Notes under the pieces: generated by a model
Database searches by the model: none
What the model was told of the DNA's origin: nothing
Seen by the model: only the letters and a program-made list of their open reading frames with translations
Translations under genes and position numbers: made by a program
Source of the DNA: Pristiophorus japonicus
Taxonomy: Eukaryota
Direction: 5' to 3'
DNA: 64,000 nucleotides
Assembly (NCBI RefSeq): GCF_044704955.1
Contig: NC_091984.1
Span: 143,530,001-143,594,000, forward strand
In this document: positions 27,301 through 40,227 of the stretch, piece by piece
Numbering within the stretch: the stretch's first letter is position 1
How the letters are laid out: each line of letters begins with the position of its first letter

Positions 27301-28210
27301 GTACTTGGTAAAATAATGGAACTAAAGGTGGACAAATCCCCTGGACCTGATGGCCTGCATCCTCGGGTCTTAAATGAAGTTGCTGCAGAGATAGTGGATG
27401 CATTGGTTGCAATCTACCAAAGTTCCCTGGATTCTGGAAAGGTCCCAGCAGATTGGAAAACTGCAAATGTAACGCCGCTATTTAAAAAAGGAGGGAGACA
27501 GAAAGCAGGAAACTGTAGACCAATTATGCCCAACATCTGTGGTTGGGAAAATGCTGGAGTCCATTATTAAGGAAGCAGTAGCAGGACATTTGGAAAAGCA
27601 TCATTCAATCAAGCAGAGTTAGCATGGTTTTATGAAGGGAAAGTCATGTTTGACACATTTGCTGGAGTTCTTTAAGGATGTAACGAGCAGGGTGGAAAAG
27701 GGAGAACCAATGGTTGTGGTGCATTTGGATTTCAAGAAGGCATTCAATAAGCTGACACAAAAGATTAATGCGCAAGATAAGTTGCCCCTCGAGCCTGCTC
27801 CGCCATTAAATAAGATCATGGCTGACCTGATCATGGAGTCAGCTCTACTTCCCTGCCCGCTCTCTATAACCCTATGTTCCCTTATCGCTCAAAAATCTAT
27901 CGATCTCCGCCTTAAATATATTCAATAACCCAGCCTCCACAGCTCCCTGGGGCAGAGAATTCCATAGATTTACAACCATCTGAGAGAAGAAATTCCTCCT
28001 CATCTCAGTTTTAAATGGGCGGTCCCTTATTTTGAGACTATGCCCCCCAGTTTTAGTTTCCCCTATGAGTGGAAATATCCTCTCTGCATCCACCTTGCCG
28101 AGCCCCCTCATTATCTTGTATCTTTCAATAAGATCACCTTTCATTCTTCTGAACTCCAATGAGTATAGGCCCAACCTACTCAACCTATCTTCATACGTCA
28201 ACTTCTCATC
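24305..28210. mobile_element. Nested CR1 fragments in both orientations
   Basis: RT and C-terminal ORFs at 24258-24755, 25248-25970, 26248-26592 and 27316-28201. Confidence 0.85.
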
Positions 28211-28290
28211 CCTAATTGCCCTTGAGAAGATGATGGCGAGCCGCCTTCTTGATCTGCTGCAGTCCCAAAGTGCTGTTATTGAGGGGTATC

Positions 28291-28657
28291 ACTCCAGTGT
28301 GTGGGTTTATCACTCCATTGGAGGCACTGAGGCCGATGAACACCGTAAACCAGAGGCAATCGTATTGGAGGGCAACTATTAGAAAAGGAAGATTGAGGTT
28401 GTAATTAAAGAATATCATAAATGGAGGAACTATTTTAAAAATAGATCACACAAGAATAGAGATGATGATTTGTCCAGCCTGGAAAACGAGGATATCATTG
28501 CAAAGAGTGTGGAAAAATGGTCACGTCAAATATTACAAGATTCAGTCCCCATGGAGGAGGGGGACACAATTCTCTGCGACTTAGAATACCTTCTCTCCGA
28601 TATCTCGGATACGCTGTTCACCATGATGCACCAGACAAAGCCATGGCCAAATGCAGG
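28291..28657 (+). pseudogene. MLXIPL: Processed fragment of ChREBP/Mondo glucose-sensing region
   Basis: PVCGFITPL/GTEADEHRKPEAIVLEGNY*KRKIEVVIKEYHKWR...LSDISDTLFTM; Trp to TAG at 28380, 1-nt deletion near 28323, no introns, flanked by repeats. Confidence 0.85.
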
Positions 28658-29092
28658 CCGGGGCCATTAGAGGGAGCAGCACCTGCTGATGCACTGTGGG
28701 CAGGTACAGCAGGAATGGCAATGTCAGGACGAAGGAGCGGCAATAGTTTGTAGAATGATGTGATCGGTGCCCAGGAGAGGCGAGGGCCCAGGGACAGCAC
28801 GGGCCAGCCCACATTGTTATATGTGTGCGCACTAGGTCCATGCAGCAGAGCTGGTCTCTGGTCGTCTTGGTTAATCCTTGCCACTAGACCAAGACCTAGC
28901 TCTTGCACATCAGCCACTACACGGGCTTGAAACAGCCACCACACGTTAAAAAAAGTCCATGCACAGAAATCTTCCACCCTTCAGGATGTAGTTTGGGATC
29001 CGGAATAGCAATGAAATACCTGTGAACTCATCCCTTTTCGGCATGGAAGCAAGTCATCCTCATTTCGGGGGACTGCCTATGATGATGATGAC
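28652..29092 (+). mobile_element. RTE-tailed SINE-like repeat (second copy about 49540-50048)
   Basis: Shared GCAGCACGGGCCAGCCCACA...GGAAGCAAGTCATCCTC...(GAT)n; tail resembles the RTE 3' end at 608-660. Confidence 0.7.
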
Positions 29093-30868
29093 ATTGAGGA
29101 AGTTCTATGATTTTGACCTCGTGACGATGAAGAAACAGAATATACGTTTCCAAGTCTGGATGGTGTGTGACTTGGAGGGGAACTTGGAGGTGATGGTGTT
29201 CCCATGCGCCGGCAGCACTTGTCATTCTAGGTGGTAGAGGTCGTGGGTTTGGGAGGTGCTGCCGAAGAAGCCTTGGCAAGATGCTGCAGTGCATCTTGTA
29301 CATAGTACACACTGCAGCCACGGTGCGCCGGTGGTGGAGGGAGTGAATGTTTAAGGTGGTGGTGCCAGTCAAGCGGGCTCCTTTGTCCTGGATGGTGTCG
29401 AGTATCTTGAGAATTGTTGGAGCTGCCCTCAGCCAGGCAAGTGGAGAGGTTCCATCACACTCCTGACTTGTGCCTTGTAGATGGTGGAAAGGCTTTGGGG
29501 AGTCAGGAGGTGAGACACTCGCCACAGAATACCCAGCCTCTGACCTGCTCTTGTTGCCACAGTATTTATGTTAAGTTTCTGGTCAATGGTGACCCCCAGG
29601 ATGTAGGTGGTGGGAGGTTTGGCGATGGTAATGCCGTTGAATGTCAAGGGGCAGTGGTTAGATTCTCTCTTGTTGGGAGAATGCTCATTGCCTGACACTT
29701 GTTTGGTGTGAATGTGACTTGCCACTTATCAGCCCAAGCCTGAATGTCGTCCAGGTTTTGCTGCATGTGGGCATGTGCCAGTTCATTGGATATATTCAAG
29801 AGGGAGTTAGATATGGCCCTTACGGCTAAGGGGATCAAGGGATATGGAGAGAAAGCAGGAAAGGGTTACTGAGGGAATGATCAGCCATGATCTTATTGAA
29901 TGGTGGTGCAGGCTTGAAGGGCCAAATGGCCTACCCCTGCACCTATTTTCTATGCTTCATTATCTGAGGAATATTAATTAAGGAAAGCCAACATAGATTT
30001 GTTGAAGGCAAATTGTGTTTTGCCAATTTGATTGAGTTTTTTGATGAGGTAACAGAGAGGGTTGATGAGGATAATGCGGTTGACGTATTCCAAAAGACAT
30101 TTGATAAATTGCCACATAATAGGCTTGCCAGCAAATTTGGAGCCCATGGAATGGGGAATGGTAGCATAGTGGTAATGCTACTAAACTCATAATCCAGAGA
30201 CCTGAACCAATAATCCACAGACATGAGTTCAAATCCCATCACATCAGCTGGGAAATTTAGATTTAGTTAATTAAATAAATCTGGAATAAAAAAGCTAGTG
30301 TTAGTAATGGTGACCATAGAAACATAGAAAATGGGTGCAGGAGTCGGCCATTCGGCCCTTCGAGCCTGCACCGCCATTCAATAAGATCATGGCTGATCAT
30401 TCCTTCAGTACCGCTTTCCTGCTTTATCTCCATACCCCTTGATCCCCTTAACCGTAAGGGCCATATCTAACTCCCTCTTGAATATATCCAGTGAACTGAC
30501 ATCAACAACTCTCTGCGGCAGGAAATTCCACAGGTTAACAACTCTCTGAGTGAAGATGTTTCTCGTCATCTCAGTCCTAAATGGCCGACCCCTTATCCTA
30601 AGACTATGTCCCCTGGTTTTGGACTTCCCCAACATCGGGAACATTCTTCCCACATCTATCCTGTCCAGTCCCGTCAGAATCTTATATGTTTCTATGAGAT
30701 CCTCTCTCATCCTTCTAAACTCCAGTGAATAAAGGCCCGGTTGAGCCAGTCTCTCCTCATATGAGAGCCCAGCCATCCCTGGAATCAGTCTGGTGAACCT
30801 TCGCTGCACTCCCTCAATAGCAAGAACGTCCTTCTTCAGACTAGATGAACAAAAATGAACTCAAGATT

Positions 30869-31229
30869 TGATAGAGAATTCAAACTGGCTGCATTCAGAC
30901 AGGCTGTGAAAATTCACAGACACCAAGTCAGAGCTGCTATGTGAGTGGGAGCATGTTGCATTAAGTCATCAATCAACTTGACATTTTAGGATTTTGGGTA
31001 GCGAGCCAATTAAAAGGTTAAAAGACTATAAATTAAGCCAATAAGGTCAAAGAAGGGGAGTTCTTTTCTGTAACTTGATCCAGGTATAAGTACAGCCATT
31101 TTGACCATGTGATATCAGAAGGACAAAGACCTGGCTTAAAGCCAAGAGCTTCTTACTGCTGCCAAAAATAAAGTGACATTAAAACTACAATCGGAGTTCG
31201 TATTTCATTGGAAATTAAGAGATCTAACA
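30869..31229 (+). repeat. ERV 5' LTR
   Basis: TG...CA, 361 bp, two CCAAT boxes, TATAAG near 31085, AATAAA at 31167; about 94% identical to the 3' LTR by manual count. Confidence 0.93.
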
Positions 31230-31233
31230 ATTT

Positions 31234-31251
31234 TGACGTCACGAACACGAT
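31234..31251 (+). promoter_or_regulatory. Primer-binding site, tRNA-Ser(CGA)-like
   Basis: TGACGTCACGAACACGAT 4 nt after the LTR; 16/18 to TGGCGTCACGAACAGGAT, the complement of a vertebrate tRNA-Ser(CGA) 3' end as I recall it. Confidence 0.7.
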
Positions 31252-31517
31252 CGCTGAGGGAAGAAACTGAATTTTGGACATCGGACCTACATACTGAGGT
31301 AAGGACTCCTCTTTATAAAAGTCCTCAGTCAAAAGTCTAAATTCGCCTCTCCTTCTTCGTGATTCCAAAAGCCTCCGGTTTGCGAACCCTCCAGTTGGTA
31401 GTCGGTTCGAGGTCCCATCGACGTCTAAACTTCGGCGGTGTGTTAGTTAATTAATCACCGACCTATTGATCGGCTAGAAAGCTGACGACTCGAGACTCCA
31501 GCAAAAAAATCAGTATT

Positions 31518-33078
31518 ATGGCAGCAGGAGATAAGAGCAAAGAATTGCCTACAACTGTTAAAAGTGGGCAAGCACCACCTGAGGTTTCGCTAGATGAAAT
31601 TCTCGAACAGTTGAAAGAATACATGGAGCAACAATTCAATTTATCTAAAACCTATATTAAGATCGAACAAAAGTACGGAACCTCCAAAGGACAATGGTCC
31701 TTGGACGAGATTAAAAAGGTCTGGGGAAAAACGATCCGTGTGAAAAATAAAGAGCGAACTAGATGGTCCCTAGCCATTATGGGAACGATCCGAAACTGGA
31801 ATGAAATTATAATGCGTTCCCAACCTGATCGAGAACTGACCAGTACAAAGGATCAATTGCAAGCTGTTTGTGCACAGCTGCGACAGAAAAAGCTTGAACT
31901 TGAAAAGCTGGAAGCGGAAGTTAAATATTTTAAAGGTGAAATTACAGAATGGAAAAAATCATTAGGTCAAGAGACAGTAATAGGAAAAGGAAAATGTATC
32001 GGTCAATTCCCAGGGTACCCATGTTTGGATAAATTAAAAGCGCAAACCCCAAGACACGACCGAGGAATAGATACGAATTCTGAATCCTCCGACGATACAG
32101 GGTCGGAGGATGAAGAATTAGGGGTGCACTTTGCCCCATTTAAAAAAAGACGAGTTGTAGTCAAATCAGAAGAGACTGCGGATGAGGGCGCAACCAAAAA
32201 AACGAGGAAAAGGGTGTACGAAAAATACTTGGTTCATGATCCGGCAGACCCAGAGAAAATTGATAAATGGTCCAAGGAATTGCCCAATCCAAAGAAAGGG
32301 GGAGTGAAAACGTGGGACCAATTGGACCGCTTAAGAAATATATATCAACTTCATCCCTGGAACGGAGTGCAAATTTTGACCATAATGGTGCCAAAAACAC
32401 AGGGAAGAAAATTGCACGACAAGATAGAAGAAGCTTTGGGGCAGGATGAGCAAGAATTAGACACAGGGTGGGAGGCAATTAAACACTGGCTGCAAGCCTT
32501 CAGTCCAGCTAAGACAGACTGGGGAAAATTGCAGCCTGCCAACAGAAAGGAAGAGAGGAGGTCCTGGAGTATGCCGAGCGGTTTAGATGCACGTGGCTAG
32601 AGCATTCGGGTATGAATAATACGGATGAGGAAATGGGTGAACAAGTGTTTGGACCCCTGAAAGCAGCTTTCGTGGCAGGTCTAAAGCCAGAACTGTCCAA
32701 AATGCTTAAGGTAGTGTTACCGGACTGGGAAGGTAGAGGAACTACCTTTGCAGCATAGGTGGATCGATGTAACCAATTAGATCGGGATATGGGAGCTAAA
32801 GTCTGAGCTGTACAGGCTATGGGATGGAAATCCCAGAATTCCGATAAACAGTCATTAGGAAAATTACCCGGAAAATGTCATTATTGTGGGAAGGAAGGTC
32901 ACTGGGCCAAGACGTGCAGGGCAAAACAGCAAGGTCGTGGCTGGGGAAGAGGACGCAGCCAGGGATACATTCAGCCAACAAGCCAGGCTTGTCACAAGAT
33001 AACGACCTCATAGAAGCATTTAAGCGACTGACAATACAACAACAGAAGGAGTTACTTGGGATAGCAAAAAACAATTAG
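31518..33078 (+). pseudogene. gag: ERV gag (frameshifts and stops)
   Basis: 360-aa ORF from 31518; MHR-like CQQKGREEVLEYAERF in a shifted frame near 32537; zinc knuckle CHYCGKEGHWAKTC near 32876. Confidence 0.9.
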
Positions 33079-36000
33079 AGCCCACCCTGGCCCCCCTCCT
33101 CGCACTGATACAACAGAGGGGAGATGGGCTATATATAACTGTGAGGGTGGGCGATAAGGATGTGGACTGTCTTTTAGACACAGGGGCGGAATTAACATGC
33201 TCACCCCTACAAAATGGAAACTTTTTGCCATTGGATGGTAGGGCATGTACAGCCTATGGAGTTGGAGGCCATAAAATGGAAATTAAAAGGACAACACCGG
33301 TACTTATAGGGCTGGGTCCACATGAACTAACCACGCCGGTCTGGATAGGCCCAGTAGATCAACCCCTTTTGGGAATGGACGTTCTAATCCAAATAGATTC
33401 ATCGTTGCATTTTGAGGATGGTCGGGTGACATGGCCAATTAGAACTTTGAAGAAAGAAGAATTGAAGGAACACCCGATATGGGCTAAAGATAAGAACGAT
33501 TGTGGCCTACTCCAGATGGAGCCTGCGCCATTTACCGGGACCAAGCCTCCATGCACTAAACAGTATCCCATCAGTCCAACTGCCATCGCGGGAATCTTAC
33601 CGGTTATTCAGCAATTGGAGAAACAAGGGGTGCTTATTAAAACGCATAGCTCCTCCAATAGCCCCGTGTGGCCGGTAAAGAAATCTAATGAGACTTGGCG
33701 TTTGACTGTCGATTATAGGAAAGCTAACCAGTGTATTGATCAAAAAGCTCCTTTGGTCGCAGATCCCGCCACCATTTTTAATGCCCTCAAACCGGAACAT
33801 AAATATTTCTCGGTTATAGATATGGCCAACGGATTTTGGTCGGTGCCTCTGGCACCGGAGGTTCGACAGTGGTTTGCTTTCACGGTCCAAGGACAGCAGT
33901 ATACTTGGACCCAGTTACCGCAGGGTTTCCACAACAGTCCTACGGTATTCCACATGGCTTTACAAAGCCATTTGCGAGAATTACCTCCCCTGTCATCCAC
34001 AGTCATCCAATATGTAGACGATATCCTGCTAGCTTCAACCACGGAAGAACAGCATGAACAAGATTTACGAGCTTTGCTGGATCACCTTCGGCTGAAAGGA
34101 CAGAAAGCCAGCATCGACAAAGCACAAATATCCCAAGAAAAGGTTGTATACCTGGGACAAAAGATTTCACAAGGAAAGAGAGAACTTACCCAGGATAGAA
34201 CTGCAGCCAATTGGGCTGCTAAAAAACCCACCACTATTCAGGAACTAAGGTCTTTTTTGGGATTGTGTAACTTTAACAGAAATTGGATTGACTCCTTCAC
34301 ACAGCTTGCTCAGCCATTGAATGATATTTTAAAGGGGAAACGTGCCTCTAAAGAAGCCATCACCCTCACTAAGGAACAGCAAGAGGCCTTCCTGAGTTTG
34401 AAAAAGGCTTTGTGTTCGGCACCGGCTCTAGGAATCCCCGACAGTGGTAAGCCATTTATCCTGTTTGTTCATGACAAAGAAGGATATATGACAGCGAAAC
34501 TGACACAAGCACATGAGGATCGGCAAAGACCTATTGGCTATTATTCGGCAAAACTGGATGCGGTAGCCCTTGGATGGGGAAGTTGCCTAAGGTCTATGGA
34601 AGCTACATGTCGAACGGTAATGATCACTGTGGGTCTAGTCCTCGACCAAAAGCTGATTGTCAAGTGTCCCCACAATGTACATGCTTTGCTGTCTCTGAAT
34701 AGAATGTCTCAGGTGACGGCAGCTAGATGGACCCGCTGGACAGCAGTTTTGGAAGCTCCAAATCTCCATATCGTCCGGGCCAGCCCGGTTGATCCCGCAA
34801 CTATGCTCCCGATGTCAGAATCGACGGAGCAAGAGCGGGGAGAATGTGAAGAGCATGACTGCGTGGAGATTTAAAAAGAAACAGAAGAAGCAGCCTTAGC
34901 AGCAGAGGAGCCTCTACACAACCCAGACCTCATCCTGTTTCCAGATGGTTCCTCCTTTGTTGACAATGGTACCAGAAAAGCAGGATGGGCAGTTACAACC
35001 TTATATGAGGTAGTGGCAAAAGGATGTTTACCCTCAGGAACGTCAGCACAACAGGCCGAGTTACGGGCTCTGTCAGAAGCATGTCGAATAGCAGAAGGAC
35101 AGACAGCTAATGTCGACACAGATTCACGTTATGCTTTTGGAGTCGTTCACGACTTTGGTCAGTTATGGCGGAAAAGAGGATTCCTCACTGCTGCTGGTAC
35201 ACCTATCCGAAATGGAAAAGAAGTCCGAGACTTACTGGAGGCCATACAATTACCTCAGGAAGTGTCCATCCTGAAGTGTAAGGCCCATACAAAGGAAAAT
35301 TCCACAGAAGCTCAGGGAAATGCCCGAGCCGACCAGGCAGCTAAAGATGCCGCCTCACAGGGCGTTCCCCCAGAAGAACCAACACAGATGTGCAGATTGA
35401 AAGCACTCAGGACTCTGACACGAGACATTCAAACAATGCAAGGCGAGTGCTCCCGAGAGGAAAAATGGACATGGATTGAGGCAGGAATTAAGCTATGTGA
35501 AGATGGTGTCTGGAGACAAAGAGTTACCGACAAGCCAGTTGCGCCACAAGTGCTTATGCCTTTTTTAGCCCAACAGATCCACTCGTGGGGACACTTGGCC
35601 TCACAACAGATGACGGCACGGTTCCAGAAAAGCTGGTGGGGTCGGAGATTTAAAAAACATGCCCGGCTGGTAACAGACCGCTGTGTGGTCTGCCAGAAAA
35701 ATAATTCTGGACCCATCACGGTAATGCCCCAACTGAGGCCTCCTGCCCCTGTCGGACCATTCCAGCATCTGCAGGTTGATTATATATCTCTTCCTTCATG
35801 CCAAGGATACACTAACATTCTAGTCATGGTCGACAGACTCTCTAGATGGGTAGAAGCTGTCCCAACTAAAAGAGCCACAGGCAATCACACTGCAAAGGTC
35901 TTGTGTAAGGATTACATTCCCCGATGGGGAGTCCCGAGTAGCATTGACTCAGATCAGGGAACACACTTCACAGGTGCTGTCTGCCAAGAAGTCTGTAGGT

Positions 36001-36546
36001 TACTGAACATTACATAGGATTTACACTGTCCTTATCATTCACAATCATCAGGACAAGTAGAACGAATGAATCAAACTCTGAAACAACAGCTTGCCAAATA
36101 TCACCAAGAAGGAACACCATGGCCCCAGGCATTACCAATAGTGTAGCATTAGGGCAACCCCGAACAGAACTACAGGTCTAAGCCCATTTGAAATTATAAC
36201 AGGAAGAACCATGTCGCTGCCAGGAACTATCGATTTACGGAAAGCTGATGTTTACTTAATGAGTGACACTTTGTTATCATACTGTCAGAACTTAACCAAT
36301 GCTATTAGTTCTGTTTCCTGACAGGTATCGACAGCTTGGGGTAATCCACCTGAAGGAGGACACGACATCATCCCGGGAGTCTGGGTGTATGTGAAAAAGT
36401 TGCATAAAGAACCTTTGGGTGTCAAGTGGGAGGGATCTTATCAAGTGTTATTGACCACCCAGGCAGCTGTTGAAGTCCAAGGAAAGAAAGCCTGGATCCA
36501 CGCTTCACACGTTAAACGAGCACCCGTAACTGAAGCTGAAATCTAA
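33072..36546 (+). pseudogene. pol: ERV pro-pol (PR, RT, RNase H, IN), disrupted
   Basis: LLDTGA; LPQGF and YVDD; DGSS/AQQAEL/TDSRYAFG; H-H-C-C, LQVDY, DSDQG, SSGQVERMN; C-terminal WEGSY...WIHASHVK. Stops at 34872 and 36015. Confidence 0.95.
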
Positions 36547-36569
36547 TAAGGACAATTACTTTTTGCCAA

Positions 36570-37914
36570 AATATATAAATTTACTGTATTACTGATTGAA
36601 GGTATCCTAGGCATAGACCTACTTCTTACTAGCCGACCCTCTGCACCAAAGGGAAATAGTAGGGTAGCAAGGGAATTACATGTAAATACCTTTTTATATA
36701 TGTCATACATTTATGCTAAACAAGGTAACATTTCTAGTTGTTGGGGTGTGCGCATATTCCTATTTACTCAAAGGGAGGGATTCCCTTGAGGCCAGTTCCT
36801 TGAATATCTCGGAAATGGCTGAGTGGATAATTAATCAAAACAAAACAGGCAATGCGTTTCAGGATCAGGAAAACTGGGCACGTAAATGGAAGTCAGCAGG
36901 TTACAATCTGACTACCTTTGAAGGGGGATACGAACCGTGCTACAATAATTCCAAACGGCCCCCATTTTTTGTTGTCACTAATACAACGGGAATAGGAAGA
37001 CCGGGGGAATCGGTCTGTCTGATTATAAACATGAAAGGAGGCCAAAATATGGGGTATAGTAACTGCTCCCGGAATTATAATATAATCAAGCCACGGAACC
37101 GTCCAATCTGGGCCGATGTGGGAATTCTTAACCTAACGGGGATTCTGAATAAAACGGATGGAAAAGCGTGGACAGGCCCCGGAGTGTTGCTGACAAAGAA
37201 ACAGCTAACATTCATTGCCTATAATGGCACCTATTGGGTGTGTGGCCACAAGGCCTACCCTTGGCTGCCCCAGAATTGGACGGGATCCTGCTATTTAGCC
37301 TACATTGTGCCTTATATGTATCATATAAAGTCACTGTCGGAACACGTCCTAAGAGAGCTATCACAGAAACAGAGAGGTTCTTTGCCATTCTGATTCCCAG
37401 GTATGGGATCGCCAGACTGGCAAGAGAATCCATTAACATGGCATCCGTTGTGGAACGGGTAGCCAATGATACCTCAGAGGCCCGAGTTAAAATCAATGCA
37501 GAAATGGTAGCAATCCGCACAATAGCCCTACAGAATAGACTGGCACTTGATTACATCCTGGCTGAAAAGGGAGGTACTTGCGCCCTACTCGGAACTGAGT
37601 GTTGCACATATATCCCAGATAGCTCCGAACAAATTACCCACTTAACGGAGCATATCCAAAAGGAGGTAGAAAAACTTAAGCAACCCCCATCATTCACTTT
37701 GTGGAGTGGAGCTACTGAATGGCTAGGTTCAATAGGAACTTCATTGGTGGAAGGTTTAATTCTATTTGTTGTAATTATTTTACTTTTATATTGTTTGTTT
37801 ATGTTGATTAAATGTTGTTGCGACCAGGCGGCTGTAGCTGCTGTCCCACATGTGAGACACCTTGCAGGTCCCAGCAGACCATCTGTACATGGCATAGAGG
37901 TATGTTATGCTTAA
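36570..37914 (+). pseudogene. env: ERV env, gamma-type, frameshifted
   Basis: CW(V)C motif near 36739, RPKR furin site, ISD LQNRLALDYILAEKGG, CX6CC (CALLGTECC) and hydrophobic anchor. Confidence 0.93.
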
Positions 37915-38177
37915 GGGAAGGTTGTTTACTGGTTGAATTAAGATATTGATTTGGATTAAATTGGAATAAGGTTAATTAACCTACTAAAACCAGACTCCAT
38001 TGTGGCCACGATGGAATTCGGGTTGGTGTAAATTTGTGACGAAGCTACTAGTGGCGAAACACATCAACAAATTTTAGAAGGAGACACTATTAAAATCTAT
38101 GAAATTATTTTGAAGAATGTTTAACCAGTGATAGCTGATGTTTTATGATTCAGTTTGTGAAAGAATCAAAGGGGTGA

Positions 38178-38538
38178 TGAATCGAGAATTCAAACAGGCT
38201 GCATTTAGACAGGCTGTGAAAATTCACAGACACCAATCAGAGATGCGACGTGAGTGGGAGCATGTTGCATTAAGTCATCAATCAACTTGACATTTTAGGA
38301 CTTTGGGTAGCGAGCCAATTGAAAGGTTGAAAGGCTATTAATTGAGCCAATAAGGTCAAAGAAGGCGAGTTCATCTCTGTAAATTGATCCAGGTATAAGT
38401 ACAGCCATTTTGACCATGTGATATCAGAAGGACAAAGACCTGGCTTAAAGCCAAGAGCTTCTGACTGCTGCCAAAAATAAAGTGGCATTAAAACTACAAT
38501 CGGAGTTCGCATTTCATTGGAAATTAAGAGATCTAACA
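38178..38538 (+). repeat. ERV 3' LTR
   Basis: Direct repeat of 30869-31229, preceded by the purine-rich tract AAAGAATCAAAGGGG. Confidence 0.93.
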
Positions 38539-39268
38539 ATATTCCAGGTGAGGCCTCACTAAGGCCCTGTACAGCTGCAGGAAGACCTCCCTGCTTCTAT
38601 ATTCAAATCCCCTTGCAATGAAGGCCAACATACCATTTGCCTTCTTTACTACCTGCGTGCCCACTTTCAGTGACTAATGAACCATGGCACCCAGGTCTCG
38701 TTGCACCTCCCCTTTTTCTAGTTTGCCGCCATTCAGATAATATTCTGCCTTCGTGTTTTTGCCCCCAAAATGGATAACCTCACATTTATCCACATTATAC
38801 TGCATCTACCATGCATTTGCCCACTCATCTAACCTGTCCAAGTCACCCTGCTGCCTCTTACAGTCCTCCTCACAGCTCACAATGCCACCCAGTTTAGTGT
38901 CATCCGCAAACTTGGACATATTACACTCAATTCCTTCATCTAAATCATTAATGTACATTGTAAAGAGCTGGAGTCCCAGCACTGAGCCCTGCGGCACTCC
39001 ACTAGTCACTGCCTGCCATTCTGAAAAGGACCCGTTTATCCCGACTCTCTGCTTTCTGTCTGCCAACCAGTTCGCTATTCACATCAGTATATTACCCCCA
39101 ATACCATGTGCTTTGATTTTGCACACCAATCTCTTGTGCGGGACCTTGTCAAAAGACTTTTGAAAGTCCAAATACACCACATCCACTGGTTCTCCCTTCT
39201 TCACTCTGCTAGTTACATCCTCAAGTGGTTGACATTTAACTGCCCTGTGAAATGGCCCAGTGAGTCAC

Positions 39269-39888
39269 TGTAAGATGTGTGGATTTACCTCTCACCCATC
39301 CAACAGTTTATAGAGTTCGGACCCATGGAACAGACAGCTCAAGACAAAGATTTCTGGAATAAGTTCTCTTTACTTAAAATCAACAAGAGATTACAAGTAA
39401 GCCTCTAATAGTACTGTTACACACAGTAATCCCGGATTATAAATAAGCCTCTAATAGTACTGTTACAAACTTTCGCAGCTTTTTTTATACCCCAAAACTG
39501 GGCAGTCCCTCAGTGTGTCTGTGTCCCATTCGATGGGAGTAATGGGCAGTCCCTCAGTGTGTGCATGTCCCATTCGATGGGAGTAATGGCCGTAGATGTT
39601 CTTCTCCTCTCCTGATCAGTTAATCAGTGGGCCTCAAAACTGGAGACTTCATGTGTGCTGATGTTCCTGTTTCTGGGTCTGTTCTCGCAAAGCTCTCACG
39701 GTCTGAAGGCCACTATTTCCCTTACCTGTGAAACACAGCTTTCGAAGTAGCTCAACCACAGGACAGCTTGCAGCGTTCAGCAGCTTTAATGAACATTTGT
39801 GCAGCAGAAAGTCCTGTTGGCCTCGCGAGGCATGCTGGTACATAAAATCTGGTCAAGTTACAGCAAACTTGTACAAAATCTTTCCCCA
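39269..39888 (-). mobile_element. Probable solo LTR
   Basis: TG...CA ends; on minus, TATAAAA (about 39489) then AGTAAA (about 39374); internal 24-bp and 44-bp direct repeats; host SINE resumes on both sides. Confidence 0.65.
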
Positions 39889-40227
39889 CTCAGTTGTACA
39901 AACCACTATTAAAAAAAGGAACTGCGGTTCTTCTCAAGGGCAATTAGGGATGGACAATAAATGCTGCCTTACTGGTGACACCCACATCCCAGGAACTAAT
40001 AAAACAAATTAAAGGGACAGTGGCAGCATGGATACGAAATTGGCTAAGGGACAAGAAACGGAGAGTAGTGGTGAACGGTTGTTTTTCGGACTGGAGGAAG
40101 GTATACAGTGGTGTTCCCCAGGGGTCGGTACTGGGACCACTGCTTTTCTTGGTAAATTTCAATGATTTGGATGTGAGTACACAGGGCACAATTTAAAAAT
40201 TTTCAGATGAAACAAAACTTGGAAGTA

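Larger units (their letters stand above)
30869..38538 (+). mobile_element. Full-length defective endogenous retrovirus (class I / epsilon-gamma-like)
   Basis: LTR-PBS-gag-pro-pol-env-PPT-LTR. Flanks AGATT/ATATT suggest a 5-bp TSD with one mismatch. Inserted into a minus-strand CR1 that resumes at 38539. Confidence 0.95.
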
